From positions 2,793 through 66,792 of IMG/VR virus record IMGVR_UViG_2848576382_000012: a stretch of DNA of 64,000 bases; one strand, given 5' to 3'. A program made the translations under genes and the position numbers. Under the pieces are notes generated by a model. It ran no database searches. It was given only the letters and a program-made list of their open reading frames with translations, and was not told where the DNA came from. Position 1 is the stretch's first letter, and each line of letters opens with the position of its first letter. Origin of the DNA: a virus. Its lineage: Duplodnaviria > Caudoviricetes. Positions 48,678 through 59,036 of the stretch are shown here, piece after piece.

Positions 48678-49271
48678 TCATCTAATTATATCGTTTAAAT
48701 TGATAAATAGCTCCGTGTTCTGTGAAGAGGTTGTCACATGAATCACCGGCCCAGAAACCAAATGTGCTGCATCAAATTTTCCACTGACCTGACAGACATC
48801 TTCGATGGCTTCTTTGGGGGACATACCATGATCAAGGTTGCTGTATACACGTGATGTTATTTGAGCATCACCAATCACAATCCGTTGTTTTGGCACTGGG
48901 AAAAAAGGAACAGAAAGTCCTGACGTCAGCCACAGATAATTTTGTTTTTCAGGAATAATTAATATATTTCCTGTATCTGCATCATCAACATCTCGTAAAT
49001 GTGCCAGCAATTCTTTGCGGGATTGTTCACAAAAATTCATTCCACCACACATATAGGCATGAATAAGGGCATACCCGATTGACGGATCACCAACAAAACC
49101 CGCCAACCCACGTTCATGAAATGACATTTCACTCGCATTGGGGAAAGTGTCTTTTGTACCATTCAGATTGTAAGTGAAAATTTTTTGAATCGTCATGCGA
49201 TGATAGTTATCAACACAAAGAGAATCTGCATACAAACAATTTTCTAAGGCATCGTAGATCACAACACTCAT
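48678..49271 (-). CDS. Ntn-hydrolase / HslV-like phage protein
   Basis: MSVVIYD....LYADS N-terminus; GMSPKEAIE..D..VSGPV C-terminus. Confidence 0.55.
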   Translation of the reverse strand: MSVVIYDALENCLYADSLCVDNYHRMTIQKIFTYNLNGTKDTFPNASEMSFHERGLAGFVGDPSIGYALIHAYMCGGMNFCEQSRKELLAHLRDVDDADTGNILIIPEKQNYLWLTSGLSVPFFPVPKQRIVIGDAQITSRVYSNLDHGMSPKEAIEDVCQVSGKFDAAHLVSGPVIHVTTSSQNTELFINLNDIIR

Positions 49272-49337
49272 TGTAATTTCTCTTTTTTTATCTGCTGCTC
49301 CTCACCGCAAGCGGTGAGAAGTCGCATCAATTAATCA

Positions 49338-49889
49338 TTATGCATTGAGCCATAGCTCAGTGAATTCCTGGTAAATGTGCATGGCTAACGTCATATTCTG
49401 CAGTCGTTTGGCATTTTCACTTCTGGCTACCGCACGGGACTGTAACATGGCATAGAGATCATCGAGTTTTTGGTCAAACTCAACTGCATCAATATCTTTC
49501 AATACGTGCATATAATTCACGACCCCAGCCGTCACAAGACGTGGAGTCTTTAATGGCTGCTGTCGCGCTAATGCGGTCAGCAATTGCGTCATAACCTGAG
49601 TATTAAACGACGATTCGGGTGGAATGCTCACATCCGGCATCGTCGATGGTGTTATCGGTATTTCGGGTACGGATGACGGCGGATAGTTAACGGCAACGGC
49701 GACATCTTCCGTAGCAGAACGTAATACGGCTGCTTGTGTTTCTAACTGTTCCGACTTCTGCAATGTATCCGGTGCGACAAACGATTGTTTATTTCTGGGA
49801 GCTTTGCTTTGCTTCGGCTCAATAGGGATATCCTGCAGGCTATCGGCAGACGGGATCACCGATTTTTTTCGTGTCGATGGTTTAGTCAT
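49338..49889 (-). CDS. Hypothetical protein
   Basis: Overlaps the primase stop; GAGGAG RBS; disordered N-terminal half. Confidence 0.6.
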   Translation of the reverse strand: MTKPSTRKKSVIPSADSLQDIPIEPKQSKAPRNKQSFVAPDTLQKSEQLETQAAVLRSATEDVAVAVNYPPSSVPEIPITPSTMPDVSIPPESSFNTQVMTQLLTALARQQPLKTPRLVTAGVVNYMHVLKDIDAVEFDQKLDDLYAMLQSRAVARSENAKRLQNMTLAMHIYQEFTELWLNA

Positions 49890-52833
49890 TTGTTTCTCCT
49901 CTCAGATCAAGTTCCCACACATTGGGCCTTTTTGATTTTGTCGGAATACTGGTGACACCTTCTAGCATATGCTTACGGGTATCTCGTGCACGCAATAGCT
50001 TCATGTGCTCTTTAAACAGGTCAAAAGGATAGTTATTACTTTCACACCAACGTCGTGCAAAACCCTTATTAATAAATAATTTATGACTGTAATTTTCCTG
50101 ACGCAAACCGAGTTCTTTCGAGGGAAGCTGGTTCGACATAATGGGGGTGTTTGCTGCTCTGATTTCCAGACGGTTCTCAAATGTGGCTGAAATAAAGTGT
50201 TCAAAGATACTCGTCGGGGTGACTTTATCCTGCTCGACGTTGACACGTATTCTTTCTAACTGTTCTTTCACGGTAGTCATGACCCGTGCCACATCAAAAT
50301 CCCATACTCCCAATTCTTTACCAAGAATTAATCCCGCAATTCCCAGTGAGACTGTCCATGTCCAGTAACGTTCTTTTTGTGTAAAATCAAAAAATTCCTG
50401 ACATTCTCGACTCACGTCTTCACAGAGCTTTTTCACCAGATCCATGTTACGCATGAGGTTGCGTAACCAGAGTCTTCCAACAGCACCAGAATGGATCGTG
50501 CGGGCTAACATAAATGTTTGCTCAACGAAGTCTTTGTTCTCGTTGTTGCGTCCCCAAAGGCTTGGTAGATTGCTCATGTCGAGTTCGATAACACGGGCAT
50601 TTAACGCCTCAGACAGCGCATTCATATTTACCAGTTGTTGTGTCAGTGATAAGTTTCCTGTTGACAAAACCGCCATAGTCCAGGAGCCATTATTTTCTTG
50701 CAAACGATTCGTATTGGGTAATCCTCTGTCTTTATCGCGCCCCTGTGTTACGGAATAAACAAAATCCGTCAGTTCTTTGCCCTGACGTTCGGTGATTTCA
50801 TCAATGAACATGGTGATGGCATTTAATTCACCTAATCGTCGATAGAGCGCAACTGCCGTGTCACGGGTCAGACCTTCAATACCACTGCCTCCATCTACTT
50901 GGTGACGTCCCCAAATAGATACCGCCAGGCGGGCAGACGTTGTTTTGCCAACACCGGATTTCGTTGCATAACTATGAACAAGACAGCCCTGGACGCCCAT
51001 TAATTTAAATAATGGGGCGGCAAAACTCACACCCATTAAAAATTGTGGCAGCTCCATATCTGGCACATTAATTAAATCCATCGCTTTACGAAAACCGGCT
51101 ACAGACGCATCCTCACTCATACGAAAGGCTTTATCCATACTGCCCCCATTATTCGCCAGTATCATTGGTCGTACCGAACCATCCACACGAAACTCGGTAT
51201 TCCCCAACAGAAAAGCAGACATATCGTCTGTCCAGCCATAATGTTGGTGCTGCTTATCAGCGGCCCGTACATCGGCAGCCTGCTCTGCGGTTCGACGTAA
51301 AAAGGTCATAAGATTTCCCCATTGCCCTTTTGAGGTGACCGTGACACCATGTTTACTTAATAAGCCCTGTAAACTCTGATCTTTGGGTAACTCGGATACA
51401 GGTAATTCAAATACCCTTGCAGGATCATGTGGCATCGTCACCTGCATCACAAATGACTCACCATTCTGTGGCGAATAAACGCGGTTAAGAAACAAAAGCG
51501 GATATTTATAAATTAATATTTCTTTTCCATCGGCCTCTTTTGCCCGTTTCCAGATCCCCGACCCCATCGCACTTGACGCAATTTTATAATCACGGTGCAA
51601 TGGTAACGGTTGCTCCGTTATCTCCGCGACCTGTTTGCTCAGTAATGTAATTGAGGGGAGTTGGCCATCTTGTATCGTTACCGGACGTGCTTGCGGAATA
51701 TGGTTAATAATGGACTTTAATTCTTCTTCGGAGGCTTCTTCAATGACTTTGCCAAGTACAATGGGTGATCGAATTTTGCCCCAATGGGGGCAATCACGAC
51801 AGACATCCGGGTTGAGACGACTGAACATGTCACAGGTGTAAGGTTTATCTATCACGGATTGTGCTTTAGCTTCCGTTTCTGTAACGGAGTAAGTTGGATA
51901 CTGATCTGAGATTTTATGTATCCACTCCTCACCATCAAAACAATTTATCGCAATCGATAAAGCTCCCCGCCATGTCGGTTCGTCGGTGGTACTTTGTTGT
52001 TCATAACATAAGGCGAGTTGGTCACAGCCGCCTGGTTTGGGGTTTGTACTGCCTATATCACATCGTGCGATGATCTGAGCAAATGAAAATGATTTCTTTT
52101 GCACCCCCCATACCGCATCCTGAAAATCATTTTCATCTTGAAGAAAATCGGGCATCGCCCCCAGACTATCCGATTGCGGTTGTACATAAGGTAATACTTC
52201 CTGCATTTCGGCAAGAGTATAGGGTGTGGACTCAGTGGCTATAATACGAACGGCATTACCACTTTTGGTATGTCGTGTCCCCGGAACGCGTAAAATACCG
52301 CTGATGCGCATACTTGCGCCTGCGTCCATTTTTAAACCGTGTGTGTGGACGAGTTGTTCTAAACCCCCATGAAGTACCCGCCATTGTTCCGGTGACACGG
52401 GTTTATCCAGTATCCAATAAATATGTAAACCTTCACCACTGGCAATAATATAATTCGGTTGCCACATATCCGCGTCAACGAGCCATTGGGAAAACGCGGT
52501 ATAGGCCATTTCAAAGCTGGGGTAGGCCCATTTTGGGTGTTTCTCGAATTTTTCTTTCCCTGCATCAATATCTAGCCATAGGGATTTCACTTCCTGTACA
52601 TGATCATCCCGACGCCCAGCATATTCCGTTCCTTTTGTGTTAAAGGAAGACATGGCAAAGTATAAGTCCGTCTCTCCTGACTCATGCTGCTGAATAAATC
52701 TGGCAGCATTACCATCGCGGATATTGACCCAGTAGTTACGAACTTCTTTACCTGTCGCTGTCCGAGGATTCTTTTTGATGGTGACAAGCACCGTTTCACC
52801 CTCTGGAGGAACAACCGACGTTAAGAAGTCCAT
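49882..52833 (-). CDS. Primase-helicase (AEP/RepB-like primase, Cys cluster, DUF927-like ATPase)
   Basis: WLDID, SGEGLHIYW, ILRVPGT.H.K; PYTC..C..CPHWGKI.SP; SGVGKTT Walker A; FIDE; GRDK.R. Confidence 0.88.
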   Translation of the reverse strand: MDFLTSVVPPEGETVLVTIKKNPRTATGKEVRNYWVNIRDGNAARFIQQHESGETDLYFAMSSFNTKGTEYAGRRDDHVQEVKSLWLDIDAGKEKFEKHPKWAYPSFEMAYTAFSQWLVDADMWQPNYIIASGEGLHIYWILDKPVSPEQWRVLHGGLEQLVHTHGLKMDAGASMRISGILRVPGTRHTKSGNAVRIIATESTPYTLAEMQEVLPYVQPQSDSLGAMPDFLQDENDFQDAVWGVQKKSFSFAQIIARCDIGSTNPKPGGCDQLALCYEQQSTTDEPTWRGALSIAINCFDGEEWIHKISDQYPTYSVTETEAKAQSVIDKPYTCDMFSRLNPDVCRDCPHWGKIRSPIVLGKVIEEASEEELKSIINHIPQARPVTIQDGQLPSITLLSKQVAEITEQPLPLHRDYKIASSAMGSGIWKRAKEADGKEILIYKYPLLFLNRVYSPQNGESFVMQVTMPHDPARVFELPVSELPKDQSLQGLLSKHGVTVTSKGQWGNLMTFLRRTAEQAADVRAADKQHQHYGWTDDMSAFLLGNTEFRVDGSVRPMILANNGGSMDKAFRMSEDASVAGFRKAMDLINVPDMELPQFLMGVSFAAPLFKLMGVQGCLVHSYATKSGVGKTTSARLAVSIWGRHQVDGGSGIEGLTRDTAVALYRRLGELNAITMFIDEITERQGKELTDFVYSVTQGRDKDRGLPNTNRLQENNGSWTMAVLSTGNLSLTQQLVNMNALSEALNARVIELDMSNLPSLWGRNNENKDFVEQTFMLARTIHSGAVGRLWLRNLMRNMDLVKKLCEDVSRECQEFFDFTQKERYWTWTVSLGIAGLILGKELGVWDFDVARVMTTVKEQLERIRVNVEQDKVTPTSIFEHFISATFENRLEIRAANTPIMSNQLPSKELGLRQENYSHKLFINKGFARRWCESNNYPFDLFKEHMKLLRARDTRKHMLEGVTSIPTKSKRPNVWELDLRGETND

Positions 52834-52841
52834 ACGGTGCC

Positions 52842-53276
52842 TTATAGGTTAATACTATTTTTAATCAATGATTGAATATTTTTTAATCCAATAACATCCC
52901 AGTCGCGTTTTGAATCGTCGAAGGGAAGTTCACCGTCGTCACTGAGATCATTGGCCCAAGTGCTGTCATGTTTCAGCTCTTCCAACGTGTATTTGTATTT
53001 CAATGCGGTCTGTACTTTTTCAGCAAAGGCTAAAAGAATATTGGGATAGACTGTCTTAGGACTGCACGGTAATGCGCCCACGGCATCTATTTCCGTTAAT
53101 ACCATAATGGCTAAACGGACTTCATCGGTATATTTAGCCTGATACGCTGACGCATTGACAAGACGTCCAATCTGGGACGCCGACATATTGGGTAAGAGAT
53201 AACCCAACGTTTTATTGTTAATACCCAACTTTACCGCAAGTTCTGTAAGTTCCACAGATAACGTAGCCTCTGACAT
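52842..53276 (-). CDS. Hypothetical protein, possible HTH
   Basis: LGINNKTLGYLLPNMSASQIGRL; AAGGAG RBS. Confidence 0.55.
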   Translation of the reverse strand: MSEATLSVELTELAVKLGINNKTLGYLLPNMSASQIGRLVNASAYQAKYTDEVRLAIMVLTEIDAVGALPCSPKTVYPNILLAFAEKVQTALKYKYTLEELKHDSTWANDLSDDGELPFDDSKRDWDVIGLKNIQSLIKNSINL

Positions 53277-53318
53277 TCTCGTCTCCTTAATGCCATGATT
53301 GGATCATCGTTGATGCGA

Positions 53319-55061
53319 TTAATCGTTATTTTGTAACAACGCTGCGTTCAAAGCGGCCTCCATTTCAGGGGTTAATAGGCTGCCTTTACCTCGCGTCTTG
53401 GGTTGTTCATCATCTGGTGCTTCTGCAGCTTGTTGTTGTGCGGCACGTAAGCTCGGTGAGGCATTCGAGAAAGTCTCTTCGGCTTCGGTTGCTTCAACGA
53501 CAGAAGCACGGCGACTGACGCGTTGTTGTGTCGGCGTATTCACATCGGCAGAACGCTGTTCTTTTGCTGAGGATGTCACCGTTGCACCTCGCGTCCGTGT
53601 TATTCCTGTTGAACTGGTTTGTGTCGGTGCGGCGTGACGACGACGCCCCAGTACAGCTGAGGAGTCCGCAGGCGTATTTCGGGTACGTGTCTGAGTGGGC
53701 TGCTCTGGATTTGAAACGGTATCCTGTGATGCTACCTCGTTACGCCTACTGCGTGTACGTACAGTATTATCTTGTGTTATTGACGTATTCTGTAGTGTAT
53801 TCACGGCACTTCGATTGCGTGTGCGGACGCCACTTTTATGATCGTCTGAGGTATTTTGTCCGTCTGTCACCGGTGTTCGGGTACGGGTACGGCCTGCGAC
53901 CGCGCCATTTTCTTGCCGATTGGCTTCCGCCGCCCGTCTTGCCAGAGCTTCTGACTGACGACGCTCTTCGGCCAAACGTTGTTCTTCTGCGATACGACGT
54001 TCCTCTGCAATACGACGTTCTTCCGCTAAGTGTGCTTCATATTGTTGATAATCAGCTAACGTAACTTCTTCTATGTCAGGTGTTTCAACGGGTAAGTTTG
54101 TCCCCGGTTGTAACATAACAATTGCGCCCAGCTCCGTATGCCGCCAGTAGGTAGGTATGTTATCGGTGATAGGATTGTCATAGAAAATAATTTCACCGGT
54201 AAAGGGGTCTACAGTCTCCTGTCCCGTATTAACTGATTCGGTATTGCGTACTGGCGTATGGGCCGCTGGTGTTTGCAAATGGGCTGGCATTTGTCCGAAT
54301 CCCTCGGCACTCAGTTGTTCTGCTTGTTCTGTATCCAAAACACCGAGCCGCAGTACGCGGTCAAGTTCGTCAGATTCAATCAGTTTTCGTACCTGTTGGT
54401 ATTCTTCGGGATCAGCAACGTATCCTTTGGGTTTCATCAAAATACGTTTATGTTCTGAATAAGGATCGACATAAAGCTGAATCCAGGCTTTCGAGGGATC
54501 TAATTTTTGTTTTCTAAACCAGTTAACGAGGGCATTCAGTCCCATATAACCATCGGTATTCGGTTTTTCCCCAAAGATAGCAGTTGATGATAAATTCACC
54601 TGAAAAATGGTATCCCACGTACTGTCATTTTCTCCCGGTGTCCAAACGGCAATAGATTGCCGATAACGACATGCCCTCGATTCACCATTAATGCCAGAGC
54701 CGGGAAGATTTTGTGGACATAAATCACAGCGCGTACACTGCTTATGTTTCGCATCGGCAGCGGGCGTAATATTATCATTAGAGTAACAATCGGGGGTTTC
54801 TTTACTGCCTTCCACATACGTATCACGATAAAATGTGCGTCCGACCTTTGATGGTCGAAGCATAACAACGGTCATAGGCTGCAAAGGTTGGGACTGGGCA
54901 ACCAGATTCGGGCCAATAAAAGCCTGCAATATATGTCCTTTCATTTTGATGCGAGCAAAACTAGACAGTCCAACATCATCCCAGTAAGCACTTAGGCCGT
55001 CGTGTTCATCGCGCAAATGCGCAGGTAAATTATGATCAAAGGTCACGATAGAATTATTCAT
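53319..55061 (-). CDS. Putative ssDNA-binding protein with a long disordered Arg/Thr-rich tail
   Basis: RTFY..PDCYSND..C..CPQN..GSG..RACRY core typical of this replication module; ERR helix; RTR repeats. Confidence 0.6.
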   Translation of the reverse strand: MNNSIVTFDHNLPAHLRDEHDGLSAYWDDVGLSSFARIKMKGHILQAFIGPNLVAQSQPLQPMTVVMLRPSKVGRTFYRDTYVEGSKETPDCYSNDNITPAADAKHKQCTRCDLCPQNLPGSGINGESRACRYRQSIAVWTPGENDSTWDTIFQVNLSSTAIFGEKPNTDGYMGLNALVNWFRKQKLDPSKAWIQLYVDPYSEHKRILMKPKGYVADPEEYQQVRKLIESDELDRVLRLGVLDTEQAEQLSAEGFGQMPAHLQTPAAHTPVRNTESVNTGQETVDPFTGEIIFYDNPITDNIPTYWRHTELGAIVMLQPGTNLPVETPDIEEVTLADYQQYEAHLAEERRIAEERRIAEEQRLAEERRQSEALARRAAEANRQENGAVAGRTRTRTPVTDGQNTSDDHKSGVRTRNRSAVNTLQNTSITQDNTVRTRSRRNEVASQDTVSNPEQPTQTRTRNTPADSSAVLGRRRHAAPTQTSSTGITRTRGATVTSSAKEQRSADVNTPTQQRVSRRASVVEATEAEETFSNASPSLRAAQQQAAEAPDDEQPKTRGKGSLLTPEMEAALNAALLQNND

Positions 55062-55071
55062 AAGGAATTCC

Positions 55072-55491
55072 TTATTTCGCGGGTTTGAATTGTATGTGTT
55101 GTCGTGTAAATGCCTTTAATCCCGGTGGCAGGGCATCACCATGCTGTTTTCTATACGCTTCCACGCGTGGTTTTGATACGTTCTTACTGAAAAAAGATAA
55201 GTCCTGACTGGTAACAATAAAATCTCCCCAGGCATCCAAATCCTGCACACTGTATTCCACCGTCGTTTTTAAGAGAACCTTACCTGATTCCGTATCCAAT
55301 GAATGAATTTTCTCATTTTGCATCCGTTTTTGAACTTCGTAATACAGGACGCGTAATTGATCATCAATGCTTTTTGTTTCCTCTATCATTGCCGCCTTGT
55401 GCATGGCTTCAATGGCTTCTTTCTGTTGCATTAATTGAATATGGGCTGAGGCCAATTGCGCTGTTGAGATACCGACAAAAGGATCACTCAT
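55072..55491 (-). CDS. Phage protein (coiled coil, Gam/Gp157-like)
   Basis: SLDTESG.V, D.DAW..FI, LPPGL motifs; between SSB-like gene and helicase. Confidence 0.55.
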   Translation of the reverse strand: MSDPFVGISTAQLASAHIQLMQQKEAIEAMHKAAMIEETKSIDDQLRVLYYEVQKRMQNEKIHSLDTESGKVLLKTTVEYSVQDLDAWGDFIVTSQDLSFFSKNVSKPRVEAYRKQHGDALPPGLKAFTRQHIQFKPAK

Positions 55492-55493
55492 TG

Positions 55494-57083
55494 TTAGTCC
55501 CCCTGGTTGTCTTTTAAGAGACTCCTGTAAATATCCAGCAATGTTAATTGAGCATCTGCGCGTCCTGCGGTTATGTCATAAAGCTGTTTTTCCCGTTGAT
55601 CACCCCAGATTTCGGTTACCGTCATATGGTGTGTCTGTCCATTACGTTCCATTCGGGCATTAGCCTGTAAATACACTTCGGTACTGCTATACGGTGCAAA
55701 CCAAATGGTATGACTCGCTGCCGTTAACGTCACACCGTGTGCGAATGCGGAGGGCACACCGACTATCACTTGCATCTGTCCTTTAAGATCATCTTGAAAA
55801 CTGTCGAAGATTTTTTGGCGTGCTGTCTTACTTATCCCGCCGTGGATGACGCCAACCGCAATATTTTTAAGGCGTAAATAACGGGCAATCATATCAACAG
55901 CGGCACGGAATGGCGCAAAAATAAGCACTTTTCCCTCTTCACTGTGAATAATTTCCAGACATTCATTCAACCGTTTCGTGGGTTTCATTTCAACCACTTC
56001 GCCATTTTCAGAAAGCACGGCACCACAACAAATTTGTACCACTTTATTCAATAAAATGGCTTGGTTATCTCCCGTGATATCTTCACCCGCTAAATTAACC
56101 GTCTGCTGAATACGTAACATCTTAATTGCGGCATTTTGTACCGATGTTAAGGGTAAATAACGCGATTCATATACAATTGGTGGCAAATCAATACAATCCC
56201 GTGTTCGAATTCGGATCGCGGGTTTCATGTATTTTGCGACGGTATCCTGCCAACCTTCAAGGGGAAGTCGTTTAAACTCGTTGACTTTCCACGTCGTTAA
56301 ATTTTCCCACCAGTAGATATTCGGCACCGTATTACCAAAACCATCAAACATACAAATCTGGCCGAATGCATCTTTTGGCCCCATTGGTGTGGGGGTTCCT
56401 GTCATTTGCCACGCATACATGGCATTACGCACAAGGGGATAAACCAACGTCCATAAATCCGTTTCCCTGTTCTTTATTTTAGTACTCTCATCCAGAATAA
56501 TCAGGTCGTAATTATTCTGAATAAATTCCTTATGAAGTCCTTTCAACGCTTCGTAATTCGTAATGTGAAACGGTGCATCCGAGGCGACCTGTTCCTGTTT
56601 CTTTTTTACTGACCCTTCAATCACCGTAAAATCTGCCACACCGAACAGCAATTTTGCAGCGGTAGGCTGCCACGCATCCAATAATACGGAAGACGGACAA
56701 AGTACCAGGATCTTTTTTACCAATCCGAGGGTATACAGATAATGAGCCGCCCAGATGCCGATAGCGGTTTTCCCTGTTCCTGTTCCCGCAAAACAATAGG
56801 CTTTTTTTCTAAGACATAAAAAGTCAGCACATACAATCTGGTGCTGATACGGACGAAAATCACTGGGGCCGGGCCAATTATAGTCCCGATAAATAGGACT
56901 AACAGCGGGTAAATTGGCAAACGCCAGGAGTGCCGCATTATAATAGTTCCACTTATAGGCAACTGTATTGTCACCCAGATCAATACGTCCTTCTGGATTC
57001 AACACACGTGCCTGTTCTAGCTCTTGTTCTGACCCCTGAATGACGAGCGCCCGTTGCTGATAGAGTTGCAACGTTGCCATCAT
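55494..57083 (-). CDS. SNF2-family (SF2) helicase
   Basis: PYQHQ, GTGKT, ITNYE, ILDEST, MTGTP, HGVTLTAA, QANARMERNGQ. Confidence 0.92.
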   Translation of the reverse strand: MMATLQLYQQRALVIQGSEQELEQARVLNPEGRIDLGDNTVAYKWNYYNAALLAFANLPAVSPIYRDYNWPGPSDFRPYQHQIVCADFLCLRKKAYCFAGTGTGKTAIGIWAAHYLYTLGLVKKILVLCPSSVLLDAWQPTAAKLLFGVADFTVIEGSVKKKQEQVASDAPFHITNYEALKGLHKEFIQNNYDLIILDESTKIKNRETDLWTLVYPLVRNAMYAWQMTGTPTPMGPKDAFGQICMFDGFGNTVPNIYWWENLTTWKVNEFKRLPLEGWQDTVAKYMKPAIRIRTRDCIDLPPIVYESRYLPLTSVQNAAIKMLRIQQTVNLAGEDITGDNQAILLNKVVQICCGAVLSENGEVVEMKPTKRLNECLEIIHSEEGKVLIFAPFRAAVDMIARYLRLKNIAVGVIHGGISKTARQKIFDSFQDDLKGQMQVIVGVPSAFAHGVTLTAASHTIWFAPYSSTEVYLQANARMERNGQTHHMTVTEIWGDQREKQLYDITAGRADAQLTLLDIYRSLLKDNQGD

Positions 57084-57089
57084 TCAACC

Positions 57090-57680
57090 TTATGAATATA
57101 CATCATTCAATAATGTTTCCTGCCATAAACCTAATTCTTTGAGTTTATTATCACGGGCTTCTCGGGCCTCTTTAATCGTCTGATAACCACCTTGCTGATC
57201 GAGTCCTTTTCCCCGATAAATGCGCCAGTAAAATGTTTTCTCTTCGCGATTACGGTAAATTCCCGCACGAGGATTACGAAAGAGCTGTGCAATATGAGGA
57301 GAAAGACACACAATATTATCCACGGTACGCGCACAATTATCATCCAGTAATCGAACAAGGCCATTCGGTTCTTTGCCTGTCACGACAGCCCAAATAAGAT
57401 CCAGAATATTTTTCCGTATGTTTCCCGCACCGCTCCCAATAGCGATCCGAACATACGTGTTACTGCCATTCATTGTGATACCGACGTGTTCACCCGCATA
57501 ACGTTGGTTAAACCATGTACAGGAACGCTCTGCCATCCCCTGATCCGCCTGACTGTATTTTCGGTAGAGTTCTGGTGTACGTGCTTTCCAAAAAAGACCA
57601 CCCGTATTCGGATTATAGGTCATTAATGCCTGTAAATCTTTCGCCTTAAGAGTGTGTTTCATTCCATTGTCCTCCGACAA
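57090..57680 (-). CDS. Degenerate HNH endonuclease-like protein with AP2-like C-terminus
   Basis: YNPNTGGLFWK.R..WFNQRYAG N-terminus; HNH residues absent; GGYQTIKEAREARD. Confidence 0.6.
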   Translation of the reverse strand: MSEDNGMKHTLKAKDLQALMTYNPNTGGLFWKARTPELYRKYSQADQGMAERSCTWFNQRYAGEHVGITMNGSNTYVRIAIGSGAGNIRKNILDLIWAVVTGKEPNGLVRLLDDNCARTVDNIVCLSPHIAQLFRNPRAGIYRNREEKTFYWRIYRGKGLDQQGGYQTIKEAREARDNKLKELGLWQETLLNDVYS

Positions 57681-57942
57681 GTTTCATTATCTCTTCATCA
57701 GATAGGCCTGCAGTTTCTTTGGGTTTCAGTTGCTTAAGTATACTGACCAATCGGGCATTGGCGTTAGTCATGCCTTCTCCTGCCAACTGAACGCTGTTAT
57801 CTAATGATTCCATCATCGTCAGAATGGTTTCCAGCATGGCCTGTTCTTCTTTTCGTCGCTCATATAAATTGCGCAATAACACCAATAAGGCATCTCCCCT
57901 TATTGTCAGAAACGTGACATCTGGATTTTCTTTCATTGTCAT
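57646..57942 (-). CDS. Hypothetical coiled-coil protein
   Basis: 98-aa ORF in operon. Confidence 0.55.
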   Translation of the reverse strand: MTMKENPDVTFLTIRGDALLVLLRNLYERRKEEQAMLETILTMMESLDNSVQLAGEGMTNANARLVSILKQLKPKETAGLSDEEIMKLVGGQWNETHS

Positions 57943-57972
57943 GAGTATATCCGCTCGTATGTCAACTGTCGT

Positions 57973-58800
57973 TCACTTCTGAACCGTGGCATTAAACGGA
58001 CAGTTCATCACCGGACAATAGGCACACAACGGCGATGTCTGTTCCGGCCAATAATCACGCTCATAAGAATCAATAATACGTAAAGATTCCCGTAAAAATT
58101 TCCGCATTTGTATCGCGTGTCCTTCCTCATGAAGATAGGTTGTATGCGTTTTAACAGTGCCTGCTTCTAAGAATATCAGGGCACTATCAAATTGCGTATA
58201 ATGCTGCATGGTTGGCTGTGCTTTTGCCATGACACTCATTAAATCCAACTGATCGGTTTTAGGATAACGGTCTTTTCCTGTTTTATAATCATACAGATAG
58301 AGTTTTTTTAAACTTCCCATCCCTAAATCGGTTTTTCCCCGCATAAAAACGGCAGACGTATCAAACCAACTTGCTACCTTGCCGTCCGCTTTAATGGCCC
58401 ATTCCTGTTCACCGAACAAAGGAATACCAACACGCTGTTCTGCTACTAAGTTATTAAATTTCTTCTTTAACATATCCGCTACGCCAGTACCGATTTTTTC
58501 TTTCACCACCGCATCCATCAGCTGGCCTTTTAACAGATAATTTTCGTGAGCCTGGTGTACCTGCGTTCCCCATAAGGTGGCTGGGGTGTCAGTATAGGGA
58601 ATGTTATGTGTCAGGTGTTGTTCATAAAATCGTCGCGGACATTGTTGATACTGACTCAGTTTCGAAAATGATAAGGCCAACGACAAAAGTTTACCGCCCC
58701 CAACTGGTTTATGAATTTTATTCGGCCACTCCACATCATGATCCAGAGGATATGCGATTAAGTCGTCTTTTTCTTTTGCTGAAAAGATCACTTTACCCAT
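57973..58800 (-). CDS. PD-(D/E)XK (Cas4/RecB-like) exonuclease
   Basis: SFSKLSQYQQCPRRF, WGTQVH..E, RGKTD, DYKTGK, QLDL, LCAYCPV..C. Confidence 0.88.
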   Translation of the reverse strand: MGKVIFSAKEKDDLIAYPLDHDVEWPNKIHKPVGGGKLLSLALSFSKLSQYQQCPRRFYEQHLTHNIPYTDTPATLWGTQVHQAHENYLLKGQLMDAVVKEKIGTGVADMLKKKFNNLVAEQRVGIPLFGEQEWAIKADGKVASWFDTSAVFMRGKTDLGMGSLKKLYLYDYKTGKDRYPKTDQLDLMSVMAKAQPTMQHYTQFDSALIFLEAGTVKTHTTYLHEEGHAIQMRKFLRESLRIIDSYERDYWPEQTSPLCAYCPVMNCPFNATVQK

Positions 58801-59035
58801 CGCGCTTCACTCCGGGAATGCGTATCACCGGTTGAACGTCAGCTGGCCTTTTATTTTCCGAATCCAAGATCCAGCCCGTGATAAATTGTGTAATGAGAAT
58901 ACTGAACTGTTGCGCATCCGTCAGTTTTTCTAAGTCGGCATCACATTGGGGGGCAATAAAATCGTTACCAAAATTATAATTGATATCAACTTGACCATCA
59001 GGCAGATCGGTCACGGTAATAATGACATTTGCCAT
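58793..59035 (-). CDS. Hypothetical protein
   Basis: Start MANVIITVTD with AAGGAG RBS. Confidence 0.6.
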   Translation of the reverse strand: MANVIITVTDLPDGQVDINYNFGNDFIAPQCDADLEKLTDAQQFSILITQFITGWILDSENKRPADVQPVIRIPGVKRDG

Positions 59036-59036
59036 T

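Noticed and set aside
57973-58800. Cas4-like nuclease as evidence of CRISPR-Cas
   Set aside because: Stand-alone PD-(D/E)XK nucleases are routine in phage replication modules; no array or cas1
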